DNA of 64,000 nt, taken from IMG/VR virus record IMGVR_UViG_2636415525_000002, positions 1-64,000 of that record, one strand, 5' to 3'. Source of the DNA: a virus. Lineage: Duplodnaviria > Caudoviricetes. Below are positions 10,703 to 20,528 of the stretch, piece after piece. Both the position numbers and the translations under genes were made by a program. Within the stretch, counting starts at the first letter, position 1. Every line of letters starts with the position of its first letter. The notes beneath the pieces are model-generated. The model worked only from the letters and a program-made list of their open reading frames with translations. It was not told the origin of the DNA and ran no database searches.

Positions 10703-11671
10703 ATGCATCTCGTTCAAACAATGGCTTACGTCGGAGCCGAACCCTGGCACGGCCTCGGAAACAAACTCACCCCGAAACAACCTCTCGAAGTCTGGAGACG
10801 CGCCGCCGGCATGGACTGGCGGATCGAAGAAGCTGAGGTGCGTTTCGTCGCTGCGGGCAATCGGAACCTCGGCTCAATTCACGCATTTCCCGAACAGAAG
10901 GTCTTGTACCGATCGGACACCAAAGCACCCTTGTCCGTTGTCTCTGCACGCTATCAGGTCGTGCAGCCCGAAGAGATTCTGGAGTTCTATCGCGACCTGA
11001 CGGAGATCGGCGGCTTCCAGCTCGAAACGGCAGGGGTGCTACGGCAGGGCCGCAAGCTCTGGGCGCTCGCCCGCACCGGTCAGTCCGGCATGCTTAAAGG
11101 CAAAGACGAGGTAAATGGCTACCTGCTGCTCGCCACGGCATGCGACGGCACGCTCGCGACGACGGCGCAGTTCACGTCGATCCGAGTCGTTTGCAATAAC
11201 ACGCTGCAAATCGCCTTGGGAAACAACGCCGGCGCGATCAAAGTCTCGCATCGATCGCAGTTTGATGCAGCCGCCGTGAAGCGACAGCTCGGCATCGCCG
11301 TTTCCACATGGGACGCCTTTATGGCCCGCACCAAAGCGTTGTCCGAACGCAAGGTGACGGACTCGGCGGCCGAAGCGTTCCTGCGCCGCGTGCTGACCTA
11401 CTCGACAGCCAATCTCCCGGATCGCGAAACGGTCGCCGTCAACGAACGCGCGATCAGGGCGGTGGGCCAGCTCTACGCCGGTCGCGGCAAGGGTGCGGAT
11501 CTTGCGTCCGCGTCGGGTACTGCATGGGGATTGCTGAATTCGGTGACGGAATACGTCGATCACCACCGGCGTGCCCGTACCGACGATCACCGTCTCGATG
11601 CCGCTTGGTTCGGTGCGGGAGCAACGCTCAAGCAGCGCGCCTGGGACGAGGCGATGAAACTTGTCGCATGA
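10703..11671 (+). CDS. DUF932 family phage/plasmid-related protein
   Basis: MAYVGAEPWHGLG start, RVVCNNTL and GTAWGLLNSVTEYVDH motifs. Strong AAGGAG RBS. Confidence 0.88.
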   Translation: MHLVQTMAYVGAEPWHGLGNKLTPKQPLEVWRRAAGMDWRIEEAEVRFVAAGNRNLGSIHAFPEQKVLYRSDTKAPLSVVSARYQVVQPEEILEFYRDLTEIGGFQLETAGVLRQGRKLWALARTGQSGMLKGKDEVNGYLLLATACDGTLATTAQFTSIRVVCNNTLQIALGNNAGAIKVSHRSQFDAAAVKRQLGIAVSTWDAFMARTKALSERKVTDSAAEAFLRRVLTYSTANLPDRETVAVNERAIRAVGQLYAGRGKGADLASASGTAWGLLNSVTEYVDHHRRARTDDHRLDAAWFGAGATLKQRAWDEAMKLVA

Positions 11672-11868
11672 CCAAGGCCATTCCGCCTCTTGCCGTCGAT
11701 ATGCGAATTCAGATCCCGCGTGGAGCCGGGTTACGGTTCGGTGGCCGTTATGCCACGATCCTGCAAATCAAACCCCAAGGCACGACTGTCCACCTCGGAA
11801 ATGGAAAACTCGTGACCTTCGCTGGCGACGCGTTGCAGGACGCCTTCCGACGCCCCCACTCAGCGTAA
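11668..11868 (+). CDS. Small hypothetical protein (66 aa)
   Basis: ATGA overlap with the DUF932 stop. This is the C-terminal part of track ORF 11308..11868 (MTKAIPPL...). Confidence 0.6.
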   Translation: MTKAIPPLAVDMRIQIPRGAGLRFGGRYATILQIKPQGTTVHLGNGKLVTFAGDALQDAFRRPHSA

Positions 11869-11943
11869 CACTCTTCCCCTGTACTCCCCTCACCTTTGGC
11901 CCGGTCAGATTCGTCTGCCGGGCTTCTTCGTTTTGGAGGTCTC

Positions 11944-12939
11944 TTGAACACTCCTCACCCCGAGCCACCGCGCACGCGAAAGCCAGCGCTGAAGCTCGTC
12001 AAGACCCACGATCTGTCGCGCGACGACTGGCTCGCGGTGCGCCGTACCGGCATTGGCGGATCGGATGCTGCAGCTGCGGTCGGGCTCAATCCGTACATGA
12101 GCGCGCTGGAATTGTGGCTCGACAAGACCGGACGCGCGGACGGTCTTCCCCGGCCTGATCCGGCCGATACGACGTCCCCTACGTATTGGGGCACGTTGTT
12201 GGAGCCCATCGTCGCGGCCGTTTATACCCGGCAGACCGGCAACAAGGTCCGCAAGGTCAACGCGGTGCTGCGACATCCATCGATCGCGTGGATGCTGGCG
12301 AACATCGACCGGGAGGTCGTCGGCGCGCCTGACGTCCAGATCCTCGAGTGCAAGACGGCCGGCGAGTATGGCACCCGCCTTTGGCGCGAAGGCGTGCCGG
12401 AGTATGTGCAGATCCAGGTTCAACATCAACTCGCCGTCACCGGCAAGACAGCAGCACACGTCGCGGTCCTGCTTTGCGGGCAGGCGCTTGAAGTGCATCG
12501 AATCGAACGGGACGACGCGTTGATCGGACGGCTCATCGAACTGGAACAGCGATTCTGGCGCTACGTGGAATCCGATACGCCGCCTCCTGCGGACGGATCG
12601 GAATCCGCCGACCGTGCGCTGCGTCACCTGTATCCCGGCAACGGTGAAACCATCGACTTCAGCAACGATCGGGTGCTGTCCTCCGTGTTCGCCGATCTGG
12701 TCGCCGTGCGAGCCGAGATCGAGACGCGCCAGCAACTCGAAGCGCAATTCAAGCAAACGCTCCAGCAAGCCATGGGTGACGCAACTCGGGCTGTATTCGA
12801 AACCGGCTCCGTTTCGTTCAAGCGCAGCAAGGATTCGTCCACCGTCGACCTAGAACGGCTGCTCGCCGACCACCCCGAGTTCGAAACGCAGTACGCCCGT
12901 TCGAAGCCGGGTTCGCGGCGCTTTCTCGTTTCCACCTGA
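11944..12939 (+). CDS. YqaJ-like viral recombinase / lambda-exonuclease family nuclease
   Basis: WLAVRRTGIGGSDAAA, WGTLLEP, ANIDR, LECKT and QVQHQLAVTG motifs. GGAGG RBS before TTG at 11944. Confidence 0.9.
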   Translation: MNTPHPEPPRTRKPALKLVKTHDLSRDDWLAVRRTGIGGSDAAAAVGLNPYMSALELWLDKTGRADGLPRPDPADTTSPTYWGTLLEPIVAAVYTRQTGNKVRKVNAVLRHPSIAWMLANIDREVVGAPDVQILECKTAGEYGTRLWREGVPEYVQIQVQHQLAVTGKTAAHVAVLLCGQALEVHRIERDDALIGRLIELEQRFWRYVESDTPPPADGSESADRALRHLYPGNGETIDFSNDRVLSSVFADLVAVRAEIETRQQLEAQFKQTLQQAMGDATRAVFETGSVSFKRSKDSSTVDLERLLADHPEFETQYARSKPGSRRFLVST

Positions 12940-12950
12940 TTCGATTCCCC

Positions 12951-13178
12951 ATGACCAACCTCGAATGTCTCACGGAGATCATGACGTTCTCCCGCTACGG
13001 CGCGCTCGCGCAAGCGTTCGTGATGGACGCACTCAGTAAGCACGCCGAGCGCGTTGCGACCGTACCCCTCGAAACGTTGCAAGAACAGTTCAGCGTTCAC
13101 CCGCTGATCAGCGTCGAAGCCTGGCAAGGCGTCGCCCAGGAAATCCACACGAAGCTCGAAACGCACTTCGCGCGATAG
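12951..13178 (+). CDS. Hypothetical protein
   Basis: 75-aa ATG ORF co-oriented within the island backbone operon. Confidence 0.6.
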   Translation: MTNLECLTEIMTFSRYGALAQAFVMDALSKHAERVATVPLETLQEQFSVHPLISVEAWQGVAQEIHTKLETHFAR

Positions 13179-13227
13179 CCGGTGCGCCGCCTGTAGACCT
13201 CCCACCCTTTTCTATTCAGAGGACCGC

Positions 13228-14133
13228 ATGCTCAAAGGTCTTGCTATTACTCCGCCCGTTGTCGGGCGCATCTCCATCGGTCGTATCGTCGAAAAGAACG
13301 GTAAACGCATCCCCGAGAAAGACGACCAATTCACCCTCACTACCCAAGTCCAACAACGCGGCGAATGGATGCTGCACCCGCTCAACGAAACGCTGCGAAA
13401 GGCAACGTCCGGCAAGCTACGCGCGATTCCGGTTCGCGTGCTGTTCAACGATCCCGATCTGAACCTGCGGTCGGAATATTCGTTGTTCGATCGCGAGACT
13501 GGACGACCCGTATGCGTCGGCAACGGTGAAACGTGCCGACGCGTCACCGACGTCGGTATCGAAACCCTTCCCTGCCCGTCGCCGGATGGATGCGTCTTCG
13601 GTCGTCAGAGCGGTTGCAAGCCCTACGGCCGCATGAACGTAACCATCGGGGACGACGATGAACTTGGTTCGTTCATCTTCCGGACGACGTCGTATAACAG
13701 TATCCGCACGCTCGCCGCACGTCTGCACTACTTCCGCGCCGTCTCTGGCAACCTGCTCGCCTGTCTGCCGCTAGAATTAAAAATTCGCGGCAAATCGACC
13801 ACACAGAGCTACCGGTCAGCCATCTACTACGTCGACCTCGGTGTACGTTCGGGAAGCAAGCTCGAACAAGCGCTGATCGAGGCGAAGGAACTGGACGCGC
13901 GCCGCCGCGAAGCCGGATTCGACCAGGCGGCACTCGATGCCGCCGCCCGGCTCGGCTTCGCCAACGGTACGTTCGAGGATAGTCCGGACGAGCGGGCCGC
14001 TGTTGCCGAAGAGTTCTATCCACACGATGCGCCGCAATCGGACGCTGGTGACGGCGGCTCTGCCGACACCCCAGCCACGCTTCGCCAGAAGCTCGAACGC
14101 AAAGCCGTCCTGCTCGGCGGCAAAGCAGCATGA
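13228..14133 (+). CDS. Gp3-like / recombination-directionality-factor-like protein, a usual partner of YqaJ
   Basis: MLKGLAITPPVVGRISIG start, CVGNGETC, CPSPDGC, CKPYGR and FRTTSYNS motifs. GAGG RBS. Confidence 0.75.
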   Translation: MLKGLAITPPVVGRISIGRIVEKNGKRIPEKDDQFTLTTQVQQRGEWMLHPLNETLRKATSGKLRAIPVRVLFNDPDLNLRSEYSLFDRETGRPVCVGNGETCRRVTDVGIETLPCPSPDGCVFGRQSGCKPYGRMNVTIGDDDELGSFIFRTTSYNSIRTLAARLHYFRAVSGNLLACLPLELKIRGKSTTQSYRSAIYYVDLGVRSGSKLEQALIEAKELDARRREAGFDQAALDAAARLGFANGTFEDSPDERAAVAEEFYPHDAPQSDAGDGGSADTPATLRQKLERKAVLLGGKAA

Positions 14134-15257
14134 GCGTTCGACGCGGGGCGATCGCGCTGGCGACGCTGGCAACGACCACTGCGCTCAGCCTGTCGATTCT
14201 GGCGGGCTGGCAGCGCGGCGGTACGTTACCGGAACGGCTGATCTGGATCGCCATCGGTACGGTGCTCGTCACGAGCGCGCACTTGTTGCCGGCACTGATT
14301 CGGAATGCACCGATTCCAGTTCGCATCACGGGTAGCGTTCTATGGGGCGCATGCCTCGTGACAGCGTGCTACGGGCATGCGGTGTTTTTCACGTTCGCCC
14401 AGCAGCATGCCGGCGAGCAACGGGCGACGACGGTGCAAGCGACTTCTGCTCCGTCGCCCGGTCGGAGTCTGATCGCCGTCATGGCGGAACGCGCCGCCGT
14501 GACGGCGCAGCTCGCCACAGCCAACGCCCGTTACTGCGTCGGCAACTGCGTGACGCTGGAAGGTCGGCGGGTCACGCTCACCGCCAGGATCGATGCGCTG
14601 AATGCCGAAGCCAATGAGGTGCGACGCCAGCAGGCTGCCGCGGATCGAGTCACGGCACGACAGGACGCGTTACTCGCTGATCCAGTCGCGTCACGACTTG
14701 CGGCGCTACTCGGCACGACCACCGCTCGTATCGATCTGCTGACCGGCCTCGTGTTCGCGGCGGTGCTGGAGGGCGTCGCGTGCCTGCTGTGGACAGTCGC
14801 GCTTCGGTTGCCGTTACCGAAGCCGTTACCAGTCGCGACTGGCGTAACCCCTGCAACAGTCACGGTGACGCCCGCCGTGACTCAGCCAATCGTCACGCCA
14901 GTCACGGAAGCGCCGAACGTGCCTGAACCTGTAGTTACGATAGTCACGGATGCGGGCGGCATGACTCAGCCGGCAGTCATGCCCGTAGCGGCCAGCCACG
15001 ACGACGAGACCGTTAGTCGCAATTCCGTAACGCCCAGTCACGATTGTACGACCACCGGTCATGCACCGCGCGACGATCCGATTACGCCCTTACCGCCTGC
15101 CGCCCCCGTCGACGATCACCTGTCGCGACTCATTCAGGATGTCGCGACTGGGCTCGTCCGTCCGACCGTTGCCGACATACGCCGTCATCTGGGCTGCTCT
15201 CAGGCCCGCGCTGCTGAACTACGTCGTCAGCTTGCCGAACGCAACGTGACGGCATAA
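14130..15257 (+). CDS. Multi-TM membrane protein with coiled coil and C-terminal HTH-like segment
   Basis: ATGA overlap. About 4 hydrophobic helices and a C-terminal RPTVADIRRHLGCSQARA. Paralog of 36460..37668. Confidence 0.75.
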   Translation: MSVRRGAIALATLATTTALSLSILAGWQRGGTLPERLIWIAIGTVLVTSAHLLPALIRNAPIPVRITGSVLWGACLVTACYGHAVFFTFAQQHAGEQRATTVQATSAPSPGRSLIAVMAERAAVTAQLATANARYCVGNCVTLEGRRVTLTARIDALNAEANEVRRQQAAADRVTARQDALLADPVASRLAALLGTTTARIDLLTGLVFAAVLEGVACLLWTVALRLPLPKPLPVATGVTPATVTVTPAVTQPIVTPVTEAPNVPEPVVTIVTDAGGMTQPAVMPVAASHDDETVSRNSVTPSHDCTTTGHAPRDDPITPLPPAAPVDDHLSRLIQDVATGLVRPTVADIRRHLGCSQARAAELRRQLAERNVTA

Positions 15258-15284
15258 AAAGCCGGGCTTCGCGCCCGGCTTTTT
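15255..15284. terminator. Bidirectional rho-independent terminator
   Basis: AAAAAGCCGGGC-TTCGC-GCCCGGCTTTTT. Confidence 0.8.
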
Positions 15285-15320
15285 GTCCGCCTCTGTCCAA
15301 CTTCTTTTCAGTCATGAAAC

Positions 15321-16127
15321 ATGGATACCTCCGCACTCGTTCCAAGCATCAGTATCGTGAACCTCGCAAACCAGCGTGTCGCCGTCGTCGAGCGCGTCCG
15401 CGCCGCTCTCGATCTGCTCGGCGAAGCCCAACAGCTTGCCAAGTCCGCGCATCTCGGCTTCCCCCGTCTCGTGCTCGATGAAAGCTACGGCTGTCGCGGC
15501 CGACCGACCGTTACCGGAGAGTATGCGAAGCGCGACGAAGCCGAAGCCGCTATGGTGCGCATCGTCGACGTGCGCGGCTGGGACTACCTGCTGTCAGAGT
15601 CGGGCCTGCGCACCTTCATGGATGCGAAGGCGCGTGACCAATGGAGCAAGCAAATTGCCGAAGGCGACGTGCCCGAACTCACCGTCGCAAACATCGAAGC
15701 CACTTTTTCTCAACTCTACGGCGCACGCGGCGACATGCTCGAACGCGGCGTGTTGCAGTGCTTCCAGCGGCTGTCGTGGAATTACAGGACGAATGAACCG
15801 TTCAAGTTCGGCAAGCGCATCATCGTGCGGTATCTGCTCTCGCAAGGCAGCTCAAATTATCACGTCACGAACGAACTGGACGATCTAACGCGGGTATTCA
15901 GCGTGCTCGACGGCGAGCCGGAGCCGGATCATCGGCATGGCATGTCAGCGCTCATTTCGGACGCGCAGCGTCAGCGAAAGACAGAGGCCGAGAACAGCTA
16001 TTTCCACCTGCGCTGGTTCAAGAACGGCAACGGGCACCTGACGTTCAAGCGTACTGATCTGGTCGACAAAATGAACAAGATCCTCGCGAAGCACTATCCG
16101 AACGCCGTGGCGTCCGAAGCCCGGTAG
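15321..16127 (+). CDS. DUF4942 domain protein
   Basis: LSWNYRTNEPFKFGKRII and YFHLRWFKNGNGHLTFKRTDLV motifs. Confidence 0.8.
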   Translation: MDTSALVPSISIVNLANQRVAVVERVRAALDLLGEAQQLAKSAHLGFPRLVLDESYGCRGRPTVTGEYAKRDEAEAAMVRIVDVRGWDYLLSESGLRTFMDAKARDQWSKQIAEGDVPELTVANIEATFSQLYGARGDMLERGVLQCFQRLSWNYRTNEPFKFGKRIIVRYLLSQGSSNYHVTNELDDLTRVFSVLDGEPEPDHRHGMSALISDAQRQRKTEAENSYFHLRWFKNGNGHLTFKRTDLVDKMNKILAKHYPNAVASEAR

Positions 16128-16202
16128 TTCCGCGACGCGTCCTGCGTCTCGTCTTTCCTTTATCCATTCAGCGGACTCGGTATCCGGTTTATCCGGAGGC
16201 CC

Positions 16203-16529
16203 GTGTTCGCCCATTACCTGGAGTATTTCGTGAATCCGCCATCCGTACAATCCGCCGGCCCGCGCTTCAAGCTCGGCCGGATCTTCGCCACGCCCGCCGC
16301 GCTGGTAGCAATTGCCGACGCGCACGTGTCGATCATCGACCTGTTGATCCGCCACATCCGCGGCGACTGGGGCGACCTCTCCGAATCCGACCGCCAGCAG
16401 AATGAGTTGTCGATTGATGCTGGGCTGCGCCTGCTGTCCAGCTACGTCCTACCCGGCGGGCAAACCGTCTGGGTCATCACCGAATGGGATCGCTCATCGA
16501 CGACGTTTTTGCTGCCTAGCGACTACTAG
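16203..16529 (+). CDS. Conserved plasmid/ICE-related small protein
   Basis: FKLGRIFATP, RHIRGDWGDL and VWVITEWDRSSTT motifs. GGAGG RBS. Confidence 0.75.
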   Translation: MFAHYLEYFVNPPSVQSAGPRFKLGRIFATPAALVAIADAHVSIIDLLIRHIRGDWGDLSESDRQQNELSIDAGLRLLSSYVLPGGQTVWVITEWDRSSTTFLLPSDY

Positions 16530-16532
16530 GCG

Positions 16533-16790
16533 TTATCGCGGCAGGGACGAAATCGGCGGGTTCAGCAGCGCGTCGATGAAGGTGTGCGGATCCGCGTCCA
16601 GCGCCCTCAGGAAATCGAGCAATTCCACGACATCCACACGGCGAGCGCCGCTTTCTACCTTCGAGACGAAGGCTTGTGGGCGCCCGAGGCGGTCGGCGAC
16701 GTCCTGCTGTAACAAACCGCGCTGTTTGCGCAGCTCGCCGAGCAGCGTCGCGATCCGCTGATAGCGGGGATCGTGGATTGGATGAGTCAT
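16533..16790 (-). CDS. XRE-family HTH transcriptional regulator
   Basis: LRKQRGLLQQDVADRLGRPQAFVSKVESGARRVD. Confidence 0.88.
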   Translation of the reverse strand: MTHPIHDPRYQRIATLLGELRKQRGLLQQDVADRLGRPQAFVSKVESGARRVDVVELLDFLRALDADPHTFIDALLNPPISSLPR

Positions 16791-16855
16791 GAAGAGATTC
16801 TAGATACGCATTTCGAATATTCTGTATCCGTATACGGTATATTCGGGAGGCTTAC

Positions 16856-17254
16856 ATGTTTCAACTGATTTGGCTGGGAGGCGGCGTCGTCACTGCACTG
16901 GCCGTCGTCTTCGACATGCGCCGGCTCGGCGCCCGCCGCGTCGGCTTGCCACCGATTGCATGGGGCGTTGCGTCCGTATGTCTGGGTCCCATTGCGGGGG
17001 CGATTTATCTGAGCCGGCGGAGCGCAGCACGGCAAGCGTTGATTGATGCGGTTTGGTTACTCGTCGGCGACCGGACCGTTCCCGATCAAGTCCGTCGGGA
17101 GCGGCTAATCGCTCTCGCAAGCGTCGGCGTGGTCGGTCCGGTGATTTACCGAGCGTGCGCTGCGGTCCTGCATACAGAACCGCCTGTCGAGGCGCAGCAG
17201 ATCACTCCCGCTCCATCGCGGGTGACCGACAACGACCTCAGCCGCCCCTTATAA
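16856..17254 (+). CDS. Hypothetical membrane protein
   Basis: GGGAGG RBS, two hydrophobic helices, divergent from the XRE gene. Confidence 0.65.
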   Translation: MFQLIWLGGGVVTALAVVFDMRRLGARRVGLPPIAWGVASVCLGPIAGAIYLSRRSAARQALIDAVWLLVGDRTVPDQVRRERLIALASVGVVGPVIYRACAAVLHTEPPVEAQQITPAPSRVTDNDLSRPL

Positions 17255-17263
17255 GGAAAAACG

Positions 17264-18055
17264 ATGTTGCAAACGACCAAAGACGTTCATCACCGCGGGG
17301 ATGCTTACCTCAATCTGGCTTGCCCTGTATGTGGCAGTCTGCCGATGCCATATTTCGAGCGGGACGGTTACTACATCGATCGCTGCCCGGAATGCCGGTT
17401 CGTCTACGTCCGTAACGTACCGTCAGATGCGACGCTCGCCGCGTTCTATTCCGGCTACTACGGCGATGTCAACGAATTCGTGCCGGTCTCCCGGAAGCGG
17501 CTATCGAAGCGCTTCTCGAAATCGGTTGAGAACTGGTGGCATGCCCGCAACCTTGTTCGGTGCGCAGCGGGTCGGCGCAAGCTGCTGGAGATCGGATATG
17601 GCGAAGGGCACCTATTGATGGCGCTCAAGCAGACGCGGCGATTCGAGCTGCGAGGCATCGACTATGCGACCGGGCCGATGGCCTACATGAGCGCAAACGG
17701 AATTGATGTGGCGCAAGGCAGCCTGTTCGACCAGCACTATCCGGACAACCGATTCGAGTTCATCGTCGGTTTCCATGTACTCGAACATGTTCAGCATCTG
17801 GGCGAGTTCATGTCCGAAGTACGGCGCGTGCTTGCGCCTGCTGGCCGCGTGTACTTCGTCGTGCCGTGCGTCACGCATTTCTCCGCTGTCCGCCGCGGGC
17901 AGAACTGGAAGCACTTCGGCCCGCCCGGCCACCTCTGGTACTTCTCCGTGACGGCCATGAGGCGATTCATAACGGACCAGGGCTTCAAGGTCCTGTCCGC
18001 TCACTGCATCTCGAACCGGACGCACCTGACCGTGCTGGCCGAAAAGACGTCCTAA
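17264..18055 (+). CDS. Class I SAM-dependent methyltransferase with N-terminal zinc ribbon
   Basis: CPVC...CPEC, LLEIGYGEG (motif I), HVLEHV and HLWYFS. Confidence 0.85.
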   Translation: MLQTTKDVHHRGDAYLNLACPVCGSLPMPYFERDGYYIDRCPECRFVYVRNVPSDATLAAFYSGYYGDVNEFVPVSRKRLSKRFSKSVENWWHARNLVRCAAGRRKLLEIGYGEGHLLMALKQTRRFELRGIDYATGPMAYMSANGIDVAQGSLFDQHYPDNRFEFIVGFHVLEHVQHLGEFMSEVRRVLAPAGRVYFVVPCVTHFSAVRRGQNWKHFGPPGHLWYFSVTAMRRFITDQGFKVLSAHCISNRTHLTVLAEKTS

Positions 18056-18108
18056 TTCGGTGCCTGGGTTCTGGCAAACATCACCCTCGGATCGCCAGAA
18101 CCGTTTCG

Positions 18109-18134
18109 CCGGCCGGTTCTCCGGTCGGTTTTTT
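18109..18134 (+). terminator. Rho-independent terminator
   Basis: CCGGCCGG-TTCT-CCGGTCGG followed by a T tract. Confidence 0.6.
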
Positions 18135-18513
18135 ATTTGTGTGCCAGTCGAGCTGCGAGCGTTTCGACGATCGATACCAAGGTTTCTCGATCTTGCGGGT
18201 TCAGCTTCGTAAGCAACTGGCTGAGATGCCGAGCCTGATCGTCGGGCCGATGGCTGGCTTCCGTCAACAGGTCGGCGACATTGCACTGAAACACCTTAGC
18301 CAGTTGGACCAAACGAGCAACCGTCGGCATGACGATGCCGCGCTCGATGCGCGAAATCGCTTCATTACCGATCCCGAGTTGTTCAGCCACGTCCTCCTGC
18401 GTCAGTTGGCTCTCCTCCCGACGCCGAGCGATTGCCTTGCCGACCCGCCGGGCGAGCCGTGTTTCTTCCGTATCCCGCATGTCCGCTCCCATTCCACCTA
18501 GATGGTTGGGCAT
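18133..18513 (-). CDS. XRE-family HTH transcriptional regulator
   Basis: LTQEDVAEQLGIGNEAISRIERG. The true start may be a downstream ATG. Confidence 0.85.
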   Translation of the reverse strand: MPNHLGGMGADMRDTEETRLARRVGKAIARRREESQLTQEDVAEQLGIGNEAISRIERGIVMPTVARLVQLAKVFQCNVADLLTEASHRPDDQARHLSQLLTKLNPQDRETLVSIVETLAARLAHK

Positions 18514-18609
18514 CGACCTATTGACATGAAGGACTTACAGGGTTGAGATTCATCTCTTTGAGTTGATATTCAACTGATTCCGCTTCCACATAAGAACAGG
18601 GCCATTCAC

Positions 18610-19803
18610 ATGAAAGTACAGAACTGCCGCTACCCGCTGATTCTTTCTAGCCTCGTTGCGGCTCTCGCATTGGCCGGCTGCAAAGGCGACGTGCTCGACT
18701 ATCGCAACGTCCAGTTCGCTAACGGGAAGGTCTATGCCGGGGATGCGAACCAACCGTTTTCCGGGACGCTTACCAACGTGCCGAGCAGGATCATCCTGGA
18801 GTCTCAATCGGGCTTCCGCAAAGTCGTTACGGGCATCGAGCGCGTCTTGCCCACACTCACGTACGACTACGTTCAGTCGCTCGGCATCGACTACTTCCCA
18901 ACCGATCTGCGCATTCCCGTTCCGGTCTACTGCGATACGCACGTTGACAACGGGATTCTGGACGGTAAAACCGTCTGCAAAGCGTCGAACACAGACAATG
19001 TTCGGCTTGAAATGGCATTCAAGGGGGGACGCCCCGACGGCCAGTTGACCATTTACACCCCAGACGGTGCGAGTCAAAAGCTCGCCTCCATCGCGTTCAG
19101 AGGCGGCGAACCGGATGGGCGACAGGAAATTTACAGCCCGACCACGCATCGACTGATTCACGCCTCGAACTGGACCAAGGGCACTCCCGAAGGTCAAGAA
19201 GAAGGGTTCGACGAAAACACCGGAAACCGCATCTTGATTGCGACGTATGTCAACGGACAGGTCAATGGCCCTTTCACGCGCTATGCGGCGGACGGCAAAC
19301 AGGTCACCTACCGAGCAATGTTCGCCAATGGCAAACCCGAAGGTACCGAGGAAACCTACGATCCGATGACTGGTAAACTTACCGGTCGTGCGGAGTACAC
19401 AAATGGGCTGTTGAACGGCACCGTCAAACGCTGGAATACTGACGGCAAGCTTGTCTACGAGAAGGATTATCAGAACGGACAAGAATCGCTGCCGGCTCCC
19501 GCTGTCACCGCATGTCTTGATCGGCGATACACCACTTTCTATCGCTCAGGCGACCTTCGCGAAAACGTCAATAGCGAACAACGAAACCAGTGGGAAGCCG
19601 AATGCAAGGAAGAATCCGGGGCCAGCGCGAGCTCGACACGACGATCTGAGTCGGCAGCGACGACCAGCTCATCGGATAGCGACATGTGCGTATCGATTTG
19701 GACGGCAGCCTTTCATCGCGAGAATGGTGACGATGCCATCGTGACAACCGACCAACTCAACGAATGGCAGTCGTGGTGTAAGAAAGGCAAACGTCCGTCG
19801 TGA
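18610..19803 (+). CDS. Lipoprotein with MORN-variant repeats (YwqK-like)
   Basis: LAGC lipobox and repeated G...Y.NG..(D/E/N)G units. Confidence 0.75.
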   Translation: MKVQNCRYPLILSSLVAALALAGCKGDVLDYRNVQFANGKVYAGDANQPFSGTLTNVPSRIILESQSGFRKVVTGIERVLPTLTYDYVQSLGIDYFPTDLRIPVPVYCDTHVDNGILDGKTVCKASNTDNVRLEMAFKGGRPDGQLTIYTPDGASQKLASIAFRGGEPDGRQEIYSPTTHRLIHASNWTKGTPEGQEEGFDENTGNRILIATYVNGQVNGPFTRYAADGKQVTYRAMFANGKPEGTEETYDPMTGKLTGRAEYTNGLLNGTVKRWNTDGKLVYEKDYQNGQESLPAPAVTACLDRRYTTFYRSGDLRENVNSEQRNQWEAECKEESGASASSTRRSESAATTSSSDSDMCVSIWTAAFHRENGDDAIVTTDQLNEWQSWCKKGKRPS

Positions 19804-19905
19804 CACATCGTCGTGAGCGGGCATATTGGGGATGCGCTTCGAGCGCATCCCTTCTTTTCCATGCTTTTCTTTTATTGATTTTTTGATGTCGTCCATCAAG
19901 TCGCG

Positions 19906-20493
19906 TTGTCGCATACCAACGTGCAACCGCTTGTCGGCCAGCTCAACGGCCCGGGCAACGTGAGCGCACACGGCACCATTCACGGGATTCCGTACCTGCG
20001 GCTCGCCGGTGGCGCGAATGCGATGATTCTCAATCCGCAGGTCGTCGACGTCGGACTCGTCGTGGTCTGCGATCGCGATACATCGTCGGCGCGTGCGAAT
20101 CTCGCGCCCGCCGCGTCCGGCAGCTTGCGCAAGCACGATCTGTCCGATTCGGTATACGTGTCGACGGTGCTGTCAGGCGTGCCGCAGCAGTACGTCGCGG
20201 TGCTGCCGTACGGCATCAACATCGTGTCGCCGAAACGCATTCGACTCTCCACACCGTCGATCGCGATTCAGGCGTCGAACGACATCGGCATGATGGCCGG
20301 CGGCGAACTGACCAAAGCCGCACCCGCCATCGCGCTCGATGGCGCAGTCACACAAGGTAAAGGCCACGAACGGCGGTACGGCCAGCATGGCTAGGCACTC
20401 ATCGTACAGCGCGACGTCGCCGCCGACGGCAAGAGCGTTCGCGATCATACACACCGCGATTCACAGGGCGGCACGACAAGCCCACCGATTTAA
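19906..20493 (+). pseudogene. Degenerate phage baseplate spike (Gp138/GpV-like) fragment
   Basis: NVQPLV...IPYLRLAGGANAMILNPQVVDVGLVVVCDRD...HDLSD. A shifted frame continues to DGKSVRDHTHRDSQGGTTSPPI*, a spike-tip HxH motif. No proper start. Confidence 0.7.
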
Positions 20494-20528
20494 GCGTGAC
20501 CGTGACGAGTTGACGCCGTGATGGCACC

